A stretch of DNA of 55,848 nt, counting the filler, from Platydemus manokwari (taxonomy: Eukaryota), in assembly GCA_037951405.1 (NCBI GenBank). It is 5 parts of 5 records of this genome, joined end to end, with 100 filler letters (N's around TTAATTAATTAA, not from the genome) between each part and the next. Parts side by side here need not be neighbours in the genome. Positions count along the whole stretch, not along the records: positions 35,185 to 45,701 come from JBBMOY011127219.1; positions 45,802 to 55,848 come from JBBMOY011175100.1; 3 more parts are not named here. One strand, given 5' to 3'. The translations under genes and the position numbers were made by a program. The notes beneath the pieces are model-generated. The model worked only from the letters and a program-made list of their open reading frames with translations, was not told the DNA's origin and made no database searches. Positions 37,047-50,200 of this stretch are shown here, in pieces; the stretch's first letter is position 1; every line of letters starts with the position of its first letter.

Positions 37047-40000
37047 CTAGCAAGGCACGGAAAATGGTGATGGAGTTTTAATAGATAATTTTGAATTGAA
37101 ACTTTTGAAAACCGGATTGTCGCGGTTAGGTTGATAAATGGATTTAAATTCTTTATCTTTACCAATTATTGGAATATAGTTTACTGTCAAATTGGCTCTG
37201 TCATCTGAACCCACAGTATACGATCGATTTTCTATTTCTTTTTTTGTTATTACACCAATAGCAGAAATGGAATTCGGATCACCATATTTTCGTACAATCC
37301 AACTAGCAACTTTTAAATCATCCTTTCGTAATCCTTTTAATTTATCTAGTTGATTCGAACTATTTACTCCTTTTTCTGTCAGTTCTGTTTGCGTTAATAG
37401 CCGGTGGACTTTAAAATTTGGATCTGAGACGCAAAGTTTTTTCTCCCATTTATTCCAGTCTAATTTTAGTTGTTCAGCTTTATTCCGATTCTGAGTAACG
37501 TAGCTTGGCATTATAGAAATTGGACTACGGTCTAATAAATGCAATGGACGAATATAATTATTGAAGTGATGATTTTTTTCATCTCGTTCAGTAAGTGTTG
37601 GCTTCATAAATGAGCTGTTTAATTCATTTTCTTTCCATGGTTCTTTAAGATCTTCGATCCTACTCACGGACAACTTGTTTTTATCGCAACTATCTTCAAT
37701 GGCTGATCTTAATCCTTTGTTAATCCATTTAGGTTCGGATCGAATTTTGTGCTCTTCGGCTAAAAATTCATTTTCCAAATCCACTGGATCCAGAGTACCA
37801 GAAAATAAATAATTCTGAGAAAACGTATATCGTCTTTTAGAGTCCATCTTATTTCTCACTTCTTTCAAAGCAGATAAAATAGCATTTTTATTTTGCGAAC
37901 TATACGAAAACTCACAATCTTTTTCTGGGTATATATACGTACTAGATCTGCGGTGAATTTTGGAACTGATCTGAGAGTTTTTGTTTTCATTATTCTTGGC
38001 ATGACTAAACACCGGAGCTGTTTTAATGAGTTGCCTTTTCAGTTTCCTATCCAAAATTTTAGATTTGGATTCTTTATCGATTATATTGGGGTTATCATAA
38101 TTCATTTGCGAATCGATATGGGAACAGAGATATTGTGATATATCATTTATCATTTGAAAGGTTGGTATGAGATTATTTCGTGACACAACTTGCATGGATT
38201 CGGCTTTTAGCAAATCATTCAATCGGCAAATTCCTTCTACACAAGTTTTCGGTAAAATATCCCTCACATACAACAGAGGTTGTGAAGCGAAAAATGAAAT
38301 GTCTTTCGATAATACCAATGGAATCATGGTTAAAACTGGATAATTATCGCGTTGTTGGATTATTAATGAGTCGTTGTATAGAAATTTTATGGTGTTTTGG
38401 TAATCCATTGACTGCTGGTAATACGTGTTCAGTGCCTCACTGCAATAATCACGAAACTTTTTCATATTGATCTCATTTCCTTCTATCAATAATAGTTCGC
38501 ATTTTCTATCGACTAGAAAAAATCCAATTAATACTTCATCGGTGACAGCCGATACATCTTTGATACTATAAAGAAATTGTTTCATTTCACTGCGTTCAGT
38601 ACTGTGAAAATTGAGTTGTTGACAATTGTGTTTCAAGATGAATTTAGTGCAAGTGTTTCTGATAAAATCGCAATTGACATTGTTATTGATGATAACTGAC
38701 CGGTTGAAATGATTGCCGCCATCAGACGATGAGTTCAATTTGAATGAAACTGATTCTGATAGTTGAAATGAAATTTTTATCGACGTTTCCGATTCTATGA
38801 AATCGATGTGGTCTTCATTATTATGTTTCGTACGATTCTCATTGTCCTCTTTCAAGGCAATTACTGATACTGGTACTATGGGAACAGTCATTTCTAGGAA
38901 TTTTAGATTATTGTGAATTATATCAGATAAATCGAATTTAGCTTCGCCTTGCGGTTTTACTGGGCTAAGGTTTGTCACTGTTTTGAAGTGGCTTGTAAGA
39001 TTAATATCTCCTATATCTCTATCGTTTTTCGTATCTGTTAGAACATCGTTACCAAAATCATTTGGTTCTTGTTTTATCCTATTAAATAATTTTACAGTGA
39101 AAAATGAGTTCAGTAATTGCTCTTTGATTTTTATTTCCGATAATTCACCCAACAAAACGATGCTGACGTCATCAAAAATGACTGATTTTCTATGAATGTG
39201 ATCAGTTGTTTTATATGGAGGGAGGTCTGCGAATCGATATTGACAATAAATCGGTTTGTATTTTTTATTGATTTCTTCGATTTTATCATCATCGATTGAA
39301 AGATTATTGATTCTTTTAATTTTGATCACTAAAGGATTCAAACGTTTCTTCTGACTTGGTGACAGAATATCCGGTTCAATGGAAACACGACAAAACATAT
39401 CTTCCAAGCTGTTGATTGAATTAGGAATTCGGTTTATCGATTGATTTTTGAGAAACAAATCTGGCATATTAATTCCGAAATTAATGCGACCGTGTTTATG
39501 ATAATCATCATTGTCAAAATGTAATGTAACACTTTTTCGTGATTCGAATATGGTATTACTGTCTATTGGTTGAAGTAAAGGACTATTTAATGATTCTTTT
39601 GCATTGGAAATTGCAGATTTTATTTTCGAAGAATGATTCGAATATGATCGTTTGTGCTTTTCAGAAATGGCATTAGAATTCGATTCTAAAAGCTTTTCCA
39701 ATTGACTAAATGATTCCAGCTTGGGATTTACATTCATTTTCGGTTCTACACATAGTAGCAATTGATCAGATTCTTTCACTTTCGAATTTGGGGAACTGGC
39801 ACTGGATTTGGCTGTCGAAATTGTTTTGGCAGATTTATTTATTCGACTAGTTTTGTCGGGATATCTCTTCAAAGGTTCTGTTAAGACGATTTGATGGGGT
39901 AATATTCTGTCTGAATTCTCATTGTTTGATATTGAATAATTCTTTGATATCGTTAATACGGTGTGTTTGATCCAACTGCTGTTTTCATTAGTCGATTTTG

Positions 40001-40586
40001 ATCTGGTCGCTGATCGAGGAGCTTTAGGTCGATCAAATCTCACTTTTGAGGTGCATTTATCTTTTGTATCCCATACTGTTATTTTCATTTTATGCGTACA
40101 AAGATCTTTAATATGCTTATCTGTGATCCAAAATCTAAAATGCTGAATCCAACTAATCCAAGTATCCTCACCATCGGTCCATGTCGGAATAACTTTAGAT
40201 TCAGATTTATCGGGATAGACTTTTGCAAATGTTCCATGAAATCCAACATCTGTCTTGAAACTATCATGAAATATTTTTGAAGAGAACAAGTCAAATTCTA
40301 AATGAAAATATTGTTGACAATTTCGGGACGAAGACTCGGCAGCACTAGAACGTTTTGGAAGTGATTCTTGAGATTTATTCAGTGTGAAAACTCCTGGGAT
40401 TGCCATTGCAAACGTCACATCAAATGAGACTTCATGACCGCTTTCATCAGCAAACTGAGAAGAGCTTTGAATGGTTTTCATATTAAATATCGAATTGTTC
40501 ATTCCTGAAACACCATCGACATCTGCAACAGATTGATTCTCGTTCAGATTTTGCTCGTTATTTGTTTGAAAACTGACAAAATTCAT
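37047..40586 (-). CDS. CFAP92: Cilia- and flagella-associated protein 92-like (KIAA1257, DUF4550), 1179 aa, single exon
   Basis: N-terminal block FDVTFAMAIP...YFHLEFDLF...KTDVGFHGTFAKVY...VIPTWTDGEDTWISW...HKMKITVWDTKDKCTSKVRFDRPKA matches DUF4550. A second C2-like block reads LNPLVIKI...PIYCQYRF. The frame is uninterrupted for 3540 nt. Confidence 0.82.
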   Translation of the reverse strand: MNFVSFQTNNEQNLNENQSVADVDGVSGMNNSIFNMKTIQSSSQFADESGHEVSFDVTFAMAIPGVFTLNKSQESLPKRSSAAESSSRNCQQYFHLEFDLFSSKIFHDSFKTDVGFHGTFAKVYPDKSESKVIPTWTDGEDTWISWIQHFRFWITDKHIKDLCTHKMKITVWDTKDKCTSKVRFDRPKAPRSATRSKSTNENSSWIKHTVLTISKNYSISNNENSDRILPHQIVLTEPLKRYPDKTSRINKSAKTISTAKSSASSPNSKVKESDQLLLCVEPKMNVNPKLESFSQLEKLLESNSNAISEKHKRSYSNHSSKIKSAISNAKESLNSPLLQPIDSNTIFESRKSVTLHFDNDDYHKHGRINFGINMPDLFLKNQSINRIPNSINSLEDMFCRVSIEPDILSPSQKKRLNPLVIKIKRINNLSIDDDKIEEINKKYKPIYCQYRFADLPPYKTTDHIHRKSVIFDDVSIVLLGELSEIKIKEQLLNSFFTVKLFNRIKQEPNDFGNDVLTDTKNDRDIGDINLTSHFKTVTNLSPVKPQGEAKFDLSDIIHNNLKFLEMTVPIVPVSVIALKEDNENRTKHNNEDHIDFIESETSIKISFQLSESVSFKLNSSSDGGNHFNRSVIINNNVNCDFIRNTCTKFILKHNCQQLNFHSTERSEMKQFLYSIKDVSAVTDEVLIGFFLVDRKCELLLIEGNEINMKKFRDYCSEALNTYYQQSMDYQNTIKFLYNDSLIIQQRDNYPVLTMIPLVLSKDISFFASQPLLYVRDILPKTCVEGICRLNDLLKAESMQVVSRNNLIPTFQMINDISQYLCSHIDSQMNYDNPNIIDKESKSKILDRKLKRQLIKTAPVFSHAKNNENKNSQISSKIHRRSSTYIYPEKDCEFSYSSQNKNAILSALKEVRNKMDSKRRYTFSQNYLFSGTLDPVDLENEFLAEEHKIRSEPKWINKGLRSAIEDSCDKNKLSVSRIEDLKEPWKENELNSSFMKPTLTERDEKNHHFNNYIRPLHLLDRSPISIMPSYVTQNRNKAEQLKLDWNKWEKKLCVSDPNFKVHRLLTQTELTEKGVNSSNQLDKLKGLRKDDLKVASWIVRKYGDPNSISAIGVITKKEIENRSYTVGSDDRANLTVNYIPIIGKDKEFKSIYQPNRDNPVFKSFNSKLSIKTPSPFSVPC

Positions 40587-40651
40587 ATTTATTTTTCTGA
40601 GAGTACGATTTTGTTGAAATCAAAATTTTGCTCTGATAATTGATATGTACG

Positions 40652-40672
40652 GTTGCTAAGATATCAAACAAT
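40652..40672. promoter_or_regulatory. Candidate RFX X-box with adjacent forkhead-like site upstream of CFAP92
   Basis: GTTGCTAAGATAT followed by CAAACAA, ~65 bp upstream of the ATG. A second ATAAACA lies at ~40739. This is typical of ciliary-gene promoters. Confidence 0.45.
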
Positions 40673-41984
40673 AGTTACAGCAAATGCTAATTTATTATAT
40701 TCGTTATAACAGCAGAAATCTGCAATGATTATGCATACATAAACACGGTGTGTGTCTAACGGGTTTGTATGCTAATTAGTATACCGCTCCGTTTTGTAGT
40801 TGAATTTTGTTATTAATAACGGTATATAATTTCATATAATCAAACAATACAACTGCCAGGACGAATAAATTGATGGAGTTATTATAAAAGATAGAGGTGG
40901 TAATAAATTGTATCTTTCCCCATTGGTTAACGAAATTAATTATCCATTTTAATTATTATTTAAATAAATTTTGACTGATTCTTTGTTTTAAATCTTCATA
41001 GAAATTTCAATTGTTATAAAATTTTTGTGCGTTGATAATTATATTGATAATTAAATCCAGAAATAAAATTTAAAAATGTTAATAGAAAAGTATTATATTA
41101 TCTATAAAGATATTTCTGATACAACTTTTCAACTTTGCATGAACTTTTATAGTACAGTTTTTCACATTTGATTATGAAAAATCAAAACGAAATTTTAATT
41201 ATTGTCCTTATTACAATTTGTTTAAGTACATCAAAACTTATCTTCATTGTTAGACTTCAAAAACTTGAATATGTTTGGTAATAATATTTCTCAGTTATCG
41301 TTTACCGTTATTATCTATGAAAATCCAATCATACTGATATATGATAATTACAACTAATAATTAAATATAAGATATTTTCTCTTTATTTTATTTGGTTTTC
41401 AAAGTCATTTTACATTTTATAAACTTCATTTAAATTATTTTGGTATTTTTGTTTGATATTTCTTGAATATCCAAATTACTATTGCAATTATATGATATTG
41501 TATTGTTTTCAATATTATTCTAGTGGAGATTGTTTATTATTAATATTTGTGTCAAAATCTTAAAGGGTTATCTTATTGTTTATTGTACATGCAATTCTTT
41601 TCAAAAATTAAATTTTAAATTTTGTCTAAAATTAATCTCTAGATTATCATTTCAAACATTTTCAACAAAAATTTATATTATTCATTTGTTGAGTGAAACT
41701 AAATCAAGGCATTATTAAACGTAATCCGTTGAGTTTTAGGTTTGTAATGATATTGTTAAATGAACTGCCTAATTGTTTCATAATTAACTATAATAAAAAA
41801 TGATTCCAGTTGTGCAAAAGTGACCGTTGGTATGAAGATTAACATTGTTGTTCAAATACTGCAACATAAACGAGCCAATTTAATAATTATTCTTTTCTCG
41901 GTATACCATTGATTTTCAAATTATCTTTATAGTAATCCAATTAGCTGGTTTTTATTATCATTTTCTTCGTTTTTATTATCATAA

Positions 41985-42249
41985 NNNNNNNNNNNNNNNN
42001 NNNNNNNNNNNNNNNNNNNNNNNNNNNNNNNNNNNNNNNNNNNNNNNNNNNNNNNNNNNNNNNNNNNNNNNNNNNNNNNNNNNNNNNNNNNNNNNNNNNN
42101 NNNNNNNNNNNNNNNNNNNNNNNNNNNNNNNNNNNNNNNNNNNNNNNNNNNNNNNNNNNNNNNNNNNNNNNNNNNNNNNNNNNNNNNNNNNNNNNNNNNN
42201 NNNNNNNNNNNNNNNNNNNNNNNNNNNNNNNNNNNNNNNNNNNNNNNNN
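41985..42249. other. Scaffold gap (265 N, no linker)
   Basis: Plain N run. Confidence 0.95.
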
Positions 42250-42258
42250 TAATCTCAC

Positions 42259-42787
42259 CTCTGTCGGTGCTACTATGTTGACAGTAACACCTTGTTCTGG
42301 TTTCTTGTTCTGTTTTGTAATCGACGTCGAATAGTTGTTCATTTCAACGTTCTTATAATTGGGAATATAATGATTGGCTAATGTTATATGGCTTCTTTTG
42401 TGATTGTTGACTTCATTAGAGGAGACATCTCGAAGAATGGTTTCAAAATGCTTCGTTTCATGAAGAGTTTCTGTTGCTGGAAATGATTGTTATGAATAAA
42501 ACAATACCAAATGAAAAATATAAATACGTCTCATCGTTTGAAAATCCATAGATTTGTGCCATTGGTCTTTTTTCATTTGCTCATTAAATTCCATTGACTT
42601 GTGCCATTGGTCTTTTTTAAGATGTTCATTGAATTCTCGTTTGTAAGTGATTTCTTTTCCAGTCTTTTGAATGGGTCCTAATCTCGTAGAACTGGTTTGG
42701 TCCATTGGACCATGAACCCGTCCAACACTGTCGATATCTGAAGGAAACAATTTAATAATCTTTGTCTGCAATGAAACGACAAGTTTT
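42259..42787 (-). CDS. Two internal exons of an unidentified gene (partial)
   Basis: Exons 42787-42528 and 42476-42259 are joined by a 51-nt phase-1 GT-AG intron (...QTMR|PTETLHETKHF...VAPTE|gtgaga). A possible upstream exon lies at ~44247-44150 (GKTFKLVLPINSSMIEDETFFNDILEIYDSTS|gtaagt). Confidence 0.6.
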
Positions 42788-45701
42788 CTGAAACCGTCAC
42801 AAATAATTATAAAACCAGTTATTCTAAATTTTATTTATAGAATTCGAAATAATTTTCATATTATGCTTTATTATGGTACTTAAACATGAAAATCCAACAT
42901 GAAGCAGTTTTTGAAACAGCAACATGGTTAGAGAAATTGTCTTATTTTTTAGATATTTCCAACATTAAATTCTATTAACAACCCACAAAATACATTTATT
43001 AATGCATTTCGTCTTCGTTCGTCAAATAGTATATTTTTTAAAGTTACTTTTGTAGAAAATCCAACTGAATTAGAGCAAAACCATTTTAGGTAATGCTCGA
43101 ATTGACATTTCTCCTTAAGAAACATCATTTGCTTTCATACAGAGTGGATTTTATACCAAAAGTGTTCTTAATGGCGACATCATATTTATGTGAGCATAAA
43201 GTAAAAGAAAAAACCATCTCTAATCTTAAGAATTTATTCCAAATTTCGATAAAATAAATCAGAAATTATGTTCATCCTTATCACAATTTTTCAATAATTT
43301 TCTGACATTCAAATTCAAAATCTTCCATGAAATGTCAATATGGAAGAGTTAATAAATTAAAGTAATTATAACGATTTTTTTTTAATTTTTGAAATGATTA
43401 AAAATCTAAGCGGTAATTTGAAAAAAAATTATAAAACTGTATTATCCTGCAAAAATACACTCCGGAAAATTAATAAAAATGGAAATAATAACTAATGAAA
43501 ATATTTAAAAAAATCGAAATATGAAAATTAGTTTTTTAATCAATAAAATCGATATTCCAGTTAAAATCAAATTCCTGTTAGTTCGTAAAAATAAAAAAAT
43601 TATATTTCTTGAGAATTTTCTTGGGATAAATTGGAAAATAATTTTTTCATTAATTTTCCTTTAGTCTTCATTTCCTGGAGTAAACTGATTTCGTAATTCA
43701 CTTAATTCCATGATTATTATTTATCATTATTTCTAGAAAAATTAATATCGTTTGAAAACTTCATTGTTATCATTTGTATTTTCAAATATCTTTGTATTCA
43801 ACTGAATTTCTATGAAGTCAGATATACTGTTCCACATTAACAATGAAAAAATACGATATTTTTTGGATTATAATTTCTGTAATATTTAATATAATTTTAA
43901 AATCATATCACGAAATTTTAAATAAAAAATTACCTTATCGCCAGGAACTTAACTAAAATATTTCAATTACTAATCGTATGGACTGAGAAAATAATTCTAA
44001 CCGAGGAGTATTAGCAATATGTTGGAGTTTCATCTAGCTACAATATAAATTAAACAGCATATAAAATCTGTCTTGAAATTGAAAGAATATACAAAAATTC
44101 CACATCTTTAAACTATATGGATATTTTATGAGCAGTAGATAAAACTTACTGGCTTGTGGAATCATAAATTTCAAGAATATCATTGAAAAATGTTTCATCT
44201 TCGATCATACTTGAATTTATCGGTAAAACCAATTTGAATGTTTTTCCTGCCAATATCCAAGTGTTTGAAAAGAAAAAATATAAAAGAGGAAGACCTAATA
44301 CGTGTTAATCAATCATGTGTTTCCTATATCTCACCTATTGTAGAAAAACTGTTGACTAGCTTCTGAATAATTTACAATTTCATAAATTCGTCTAATCTTA
44401 TGATTGATTTTAATTCGACACGATTTCTTTTTACAAGATAGGTCTATTTAATGAATGATTTTCAAAGCTTTTATCAGTTATCATTATAAAGCTTTCTTGT
44501 AACTATATGTGATCCCAAAATAACTTTCTAATATTCAACCTTATTGGTTATTATATTTTTTATATGAAATTGTGGCTTACCGCAAATGATTAATTTATCA
44601 CTAAATGTACCATTATTGATAACGATACATAAAGTTTTCATTATTATCGTTGAGTTCACAATAAACCTTAGATCTCATCATAATCAGGTATCACTTGTAA
44701 TATTAACTGAGTCGAATATTAATTTTATAAAGGCTAAAGTTAAGTTAAGAGGGACTGAAGTAAAATTTCTAATTGGTTGAATGTATTGCAAGAATCTGTA
44801 TATTTTATTTAATTATATTCTTTTCGCAATAAAATAAAAATTTAGATCGCAGGTAGGTATTACAATTGGAGTAACCATCCACCTCAAGTTCACCATACAA
44901 GCTCAACATACAAAATCAAATTTCAATTAATCTTACTAATTATGTAATACGTCAATAATTTGTTTACTATCAACATTATATTTTAATTATAAAGCATATC
45001 CAACGAATATTTTAACCTTTAAACTAATCAATATGTTTCATTTTATTCATTTATGTATTGATGTGTAACTTAATATTATTTATTTTATTTATGTGGCCAA
45101 AACAATGTCATCAACCGATTTATCAATAAACACAGCATGGAGGTAATTAAACGACCAAAAAATTGGTAATTTACAAATTAAAATAACAACGACAATCAAT
45201 ATTTCTAATTATAATCATTAATTGGTTGATTGTCAAATCAATTAAAAACAAATATTCCCATTTTTTTGTATATACATAAATATTGTCAATCAAATCAACT
45301 TTAATAACTATTATTACATATCAACTTAGAACGATATACGAAAAGGAAAAATCGGTATGATTATTTTGTATGATGATGGGAACAATTTTCTTAGTCAGCT
45401 GTTTGCTTGTTCGCTGTTTAGTAGTGGCTGTATCGATAAAATCCATGAGTAATTCCTGCGCAGTCAGTTGATCAGCAAGAAAAAATGAGATTTTTGTAGA
45501 ACGCTATTGAGTCCAGTAAGCATGATTTAGTCAAGGATCAGTATTGCATGATGAAATGCGACGTAACATGAATGAGAGATTTTTATTAATCGAGAAGTGA
45601 TACGCGAAAATTTATAATTATAAATATATTTTTCTCCCATTAGACATGCTTTTTCCATGAAGATTGATTGTTTCGACTTTCGATTTTATTTTCTATGAAG
45701 A

Positions 45702-45801
45702 NNNNNNNNNNNNNNNNNNNNNNNNNNNNNNNNNNNNNNNNNNNNTTAATTAATTAANNNNNNNNNNNNNNNNNNNNNNNNNNNNNNNNNNNNNNNNNNN
45801 N
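45702..45801. other. Artificial contig spacer
   Basis: Same pattern. Confidence 0.95.
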
Positions 45802-48789
45802 TGACTATCATTTATAATATGTTATTACTAATAGTTTGTTTTAATAAACTCGATTTTCGTTGATCAAAAATCATGATTTTAAACAAATTTTATAATATGT
45901 TCTGTCAATAATAACATTTTAATAACGAATCAATAAATAATAACGGTATATTGATTAATAAAATGGAAACAATTATTTCCTGATTCTATATACTCATATA
46001 AATCTCCACGAATATTCCAATAATTTTAGACGATTTCTGTCATCTCAGATATTAATTTATCTCCGCTAATTAAAATTCAATGGCAAAACAAATAATTGAG
46101 AAAACCGGAATGCTTTAATAGATATTGACTATAGTTGATTGAATTTTTGGATAGCAGTCAAGTATGGGCAACAAAATTCAATTTTCCTTTGTTACTTTTA
46201 TTTTTCAGCTCGATTGGAAACGTACATATATAAGCACGATGAGAAAAATTGAACTTTTGTCAGATAAAATTCTCTCTGCCAGGTTTCCCATTTGCACTTT
46301 CCCCTCAAGGTCACAGTATTACATCAATTCAATTTGGGAACCTCTCTTTACAGTAATCGCGAGCCGAGATGACATACTCGTCAGTTTGATGGCCCTACCG
46401 ATATCGATGAAATACCTATTGGAACAATCGTGATTCAATTAGTAAACCGTCATAACATAAACACAGTGCATTAATTAAATAATTGGAAAGAAATTTGATT
46501 TATCAGTCTACTTTATTCCTTGAAACATCTTATCTGATTGACCATAAAGTAACGTTACGCAATTAAAGACCATCAGCTACTGGCTATAGGTATCCGACTG
46601 TCTGATAAAAAACCAAAGCCTTTCAACAGCTTTGACGAAAAGTGATTTTTGCCCAGTATCTATACGTAGAAATTTAACTATGGGCTGGATAAAGCCTGGA
46701 GTAAATGTGATAGCCATAATGCTCTTGCATTGATTGACTAAATTTATTTTTTCCTTAGCGAAATTATAGCCAATAGAACTTTATGGGAAATCATAATGAG
46801 TAACAGGACCATAATGGAAATGACTTTAAATATCTTTAATGATATTTTTTTCAATAATTTTATTAAATTTTTAAAGAATAAGATTTCCTTATCTAGTCAT
46901 TGACAATGGGGAGATCTAATCAACAGACATAACGATTTGTTATTTTATTCTACTATTCAATATCAATTATGACTTCAAATCTATCTCTTATAAAATTTGC
47001 TCAGTATCGGATTTTAATCAAAGAAAGGTCGATCCAATTTCATAAGTTTTTTTTCCAATTAACAATGTTCCTCAAATATCTGCGTTACAAAACAAGCGAT
47101 CTAAATAATACTTTTTTATTTTTATATCTTTATTAAAGCTAATATTTTTTGCTTGACAAGGATGTATTTTTTATATTCTTTTTATAAATTAATATTCAAT
47201 AATTCATTCAAGCAGCAAGACCTCAAGGGAAATTAACAATGGAATTCATTGGTGGGAAATATAAATCATAATTATTGATTTACTTATCTCAGATTCTGGT
47301 GAAGATTCCAAATCAAAATACATGGTAAAGATTTATCAAATAAAGAAAAGCATTGCGACTGTTTGGTTCTATTGATAAATCATATGTACATGAAATAGAC
47401 TGGAGATTTGATTAAGAGAAATTATCACATATATTGTTGGTTTCACAATAAATCATTGGATGATAGGAAATTTCTTTTAATGTTGTCTCATATGAATCTG
47501 GTGCAAAATTGTTTCAGAAATCTTTAAAACAAAACACTTAGAAAATATTAGAAAATCATAATTTATATTTGGGTTGAAAAAATTTTCTAGATCGATTTTA
47601 ATATTTTCTACAATCAATATAATTATCTATTAATATCATGCATTGCACATCGATATATTTAAATATGTAAACAATAAATCATAGATTTAATTATTCCTTC
47701 TTCTCCAAAACGACAAAAACGATAATAATTTTAATAAAAATTATATAATGGTAATTTCATAATAATTAACTAAAGTTGAAGTTTAAAATATTGATGGGAT
47801 TTGTTGTTGGTTTTAATATAGTGTATTTATCAACAATTAATCATCAATAATATCAATTTATATGCTGATACTAAATACAGAGAGTTGAGATTTTGGTGCT
47901 AAATATATCTTTGTGTGTTCCGGCGAAACTCTAATCAGTGTTAAGAGATCAAGAATGTGTGCAGATAAATAAAAATATGGTAAATATCAATATCCCATTA
48001 TTGATATACAACTTTACTCTGTTTGAAATTGGTGGTGCTGTAAAATTAATTTGTTCAACACCAGAAATGAGATAAAGACACCGAAAAGAATTCATTGTAG
48101 TCGTTGATAGAAATTATATAAGAAATGGTAAATCTATAAATTAAAAGTATCAGTTTAATTGTTCTTTAGATCAAGATACTTTAGAATTAATGGCGAAATT
48201 CAGATTTGCTTTGCAAGATAATACACATTGAGATTAGCTGTAATGATATTGAGTTGTACATATTTCGAATACAGAAAGAATAAAATTGAAAAATTAATTA
48301 TTCGATTGGTTGTCATAATAATTTTTTGATGATTTGATTTATTTATTTTGGATTTTTAATTTGTTTTCTCTATATATTACCTTTATAACTTTTTCGCACA
48401 CCATGATCACTGGTTTATACAAGTCTAAACATCCATCATTCGACAGAATAAAATAGAAATAATTAAAAATTTGTCAATTTAATCCAAAAACTTCGAGACA
48501 AATTTTATATAAATTAAAATTTTAAAGAATTAATTCAGAATTTTATATAGAATTATATTAATTTGTTTATATAATTGTATTTAAATATATCATTTGGTGT
48601 CTTGACTTTTCAGTTCGCTTTCAATGTGTGCTACATAAAGTAATAGTGGCGACCACGGATCTGGATTTCATTGTGATATTGTCTATCATTTTAACATTCC
48701 AGCTCCTGATCCTTTATCATCAAACTTATCCATTTTTTTCAAGATTCTGTCGTTTGACATAATATAAATACTGAAGAGATGTGTAGAGC

Positions 48790-50200
48790 TTTCAAATCCT
48801 TGTCTGAATCTGCTCTAGGCTCAGACGGATTGGCCATATAGCAACTGGCATGAAGTTGACACCAACTTTTGTATTTTCCTTTCTGTTTTTAACTATATAT
48901 ATGTAAGTAGAGTTATTCCCGACTAATTTTTTGAGAGAAAATTTCTATCAAAACAAAATCCAAAAAGCAAAAAACAAAGACCTATGCGAGACTGTGCAAT
49001 ATTCTTTTAGATTTTCAGGTTATCATTGTTTCTCAAGTTCATCTTTCACATGTCTTTCAGATTTTTCTCCATTCACGCTTTCCTTTTCATCTTCGTATTC
49101 GTGACGTGAGTACACAACAACTTAACTCATCTCATGGAATATAACCTCTTGGATTCTTACCTGTGTAAGCTTTGATGGGAAAAAGCGTGAACTAGTCAGG
49201 AGTATTATAAGTAAATACCATGTATAAAACCTGAATAACAACTTTTCTATGCTCCTTGTAAACTCGGAGATCTTGAATTATGCCTCCTCACTGTGTGTTT
49301 TTGTACAGACAATTACCGGTACTATCAGATTTTCAGATATCTTATGATTTCTCACTTGATCGATGTAACCGATGCTCGTTTTATTCCAAGAAGATCTTAA
49401 AATCTTGAACAACCTTTTGAATGGCTGTCACATAAAATTCCTTCTGTTTATAGACAAAAGACAACCTGGTAGTCAAAGGTCAGACATCGTAGCTTTGGAA
49501 ATGATTGTTTCACACTAAGAATTCTTCTATTTTTCTTTGTCTTTAACTTTTATCCAAATGTCATAAAGTTCTAAAAGGTCTTCATGTCTTCACCATCAAC
49601 TTTGGAAATTTATTGTTAGAGCTAGGAATAATCTTCTGTTATTAAACTTTCATCTATAAAGTGCTCAAAGACATTTGTCAATTATTTGTCAAAGATGTAA
49701 TGCCTCTCATGAATCTTCTGCACATGTTCTTATTCACCGTCATGCAACACTACAACTTACTTCTGCTCATAATAATGCTGTCTTGAATACTCTATGTTCC
49801 TCTCGTCGCTCTCGTGGGCTTGGTGTTGACCTTGGCGTAACAACTGTAGAGATACCCTCAACTTTGCGCCATGAGACTGTTGTCAGAGACTTTCAGAAAA
49901 ACCTTACTGTTATCTTAGACTTGAAAATCTCTTATGACTTGGTAGAAATTTTTCAAACAAATCGTTTCAATAATCGAGATAAGTATACACAACACGCTGT
50001 CGATATCTGCCGGCGAAATAGACACGAGTCTACCTTTAGTGTTATTGGTTCTTGGGACCCAAAAAACTTTCAATATTTAGCCTTCGATAAAAAGACTGTA
50101 AATAAACTTTCAAATTTTTACTAACACAAGTGATCCGGTCTGCCTGCAATATCTACTTGAGTTACATACGTAGTGATAACACAACAAAACTTATAAAAAC
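48790..50200 (+). mobile_element. Decayed non-LTR retrotransposon with restriction-like endonuclease (R2/NeSL/Utopia-type)
   Basis: LWKFIVRARNNLL, zinc knuckle CQRCNASHESSAHVL, (R)HN-like AHNNAVL, RLE motifs LRHETVV...VILDLKISYD...RDKY...IGSWDPKN. An RT domain-0-like GSDGL remnant lies at ~48820. Confidence 0.75.

Noticed and set aside
37893-40294. Short ORFs overlapping CFAP92 on either strand
   Set aside because: Shadow frames with no independent coding signal.
40754-40762. CCGTTAGAC on the minus strand upstream of intronless CFAP92, resembling the start of a planarian spliced leader (retrocopy scar)
   Set aside because: Only 9 nt match from memory and the following bases diverge. Compatible with chance.
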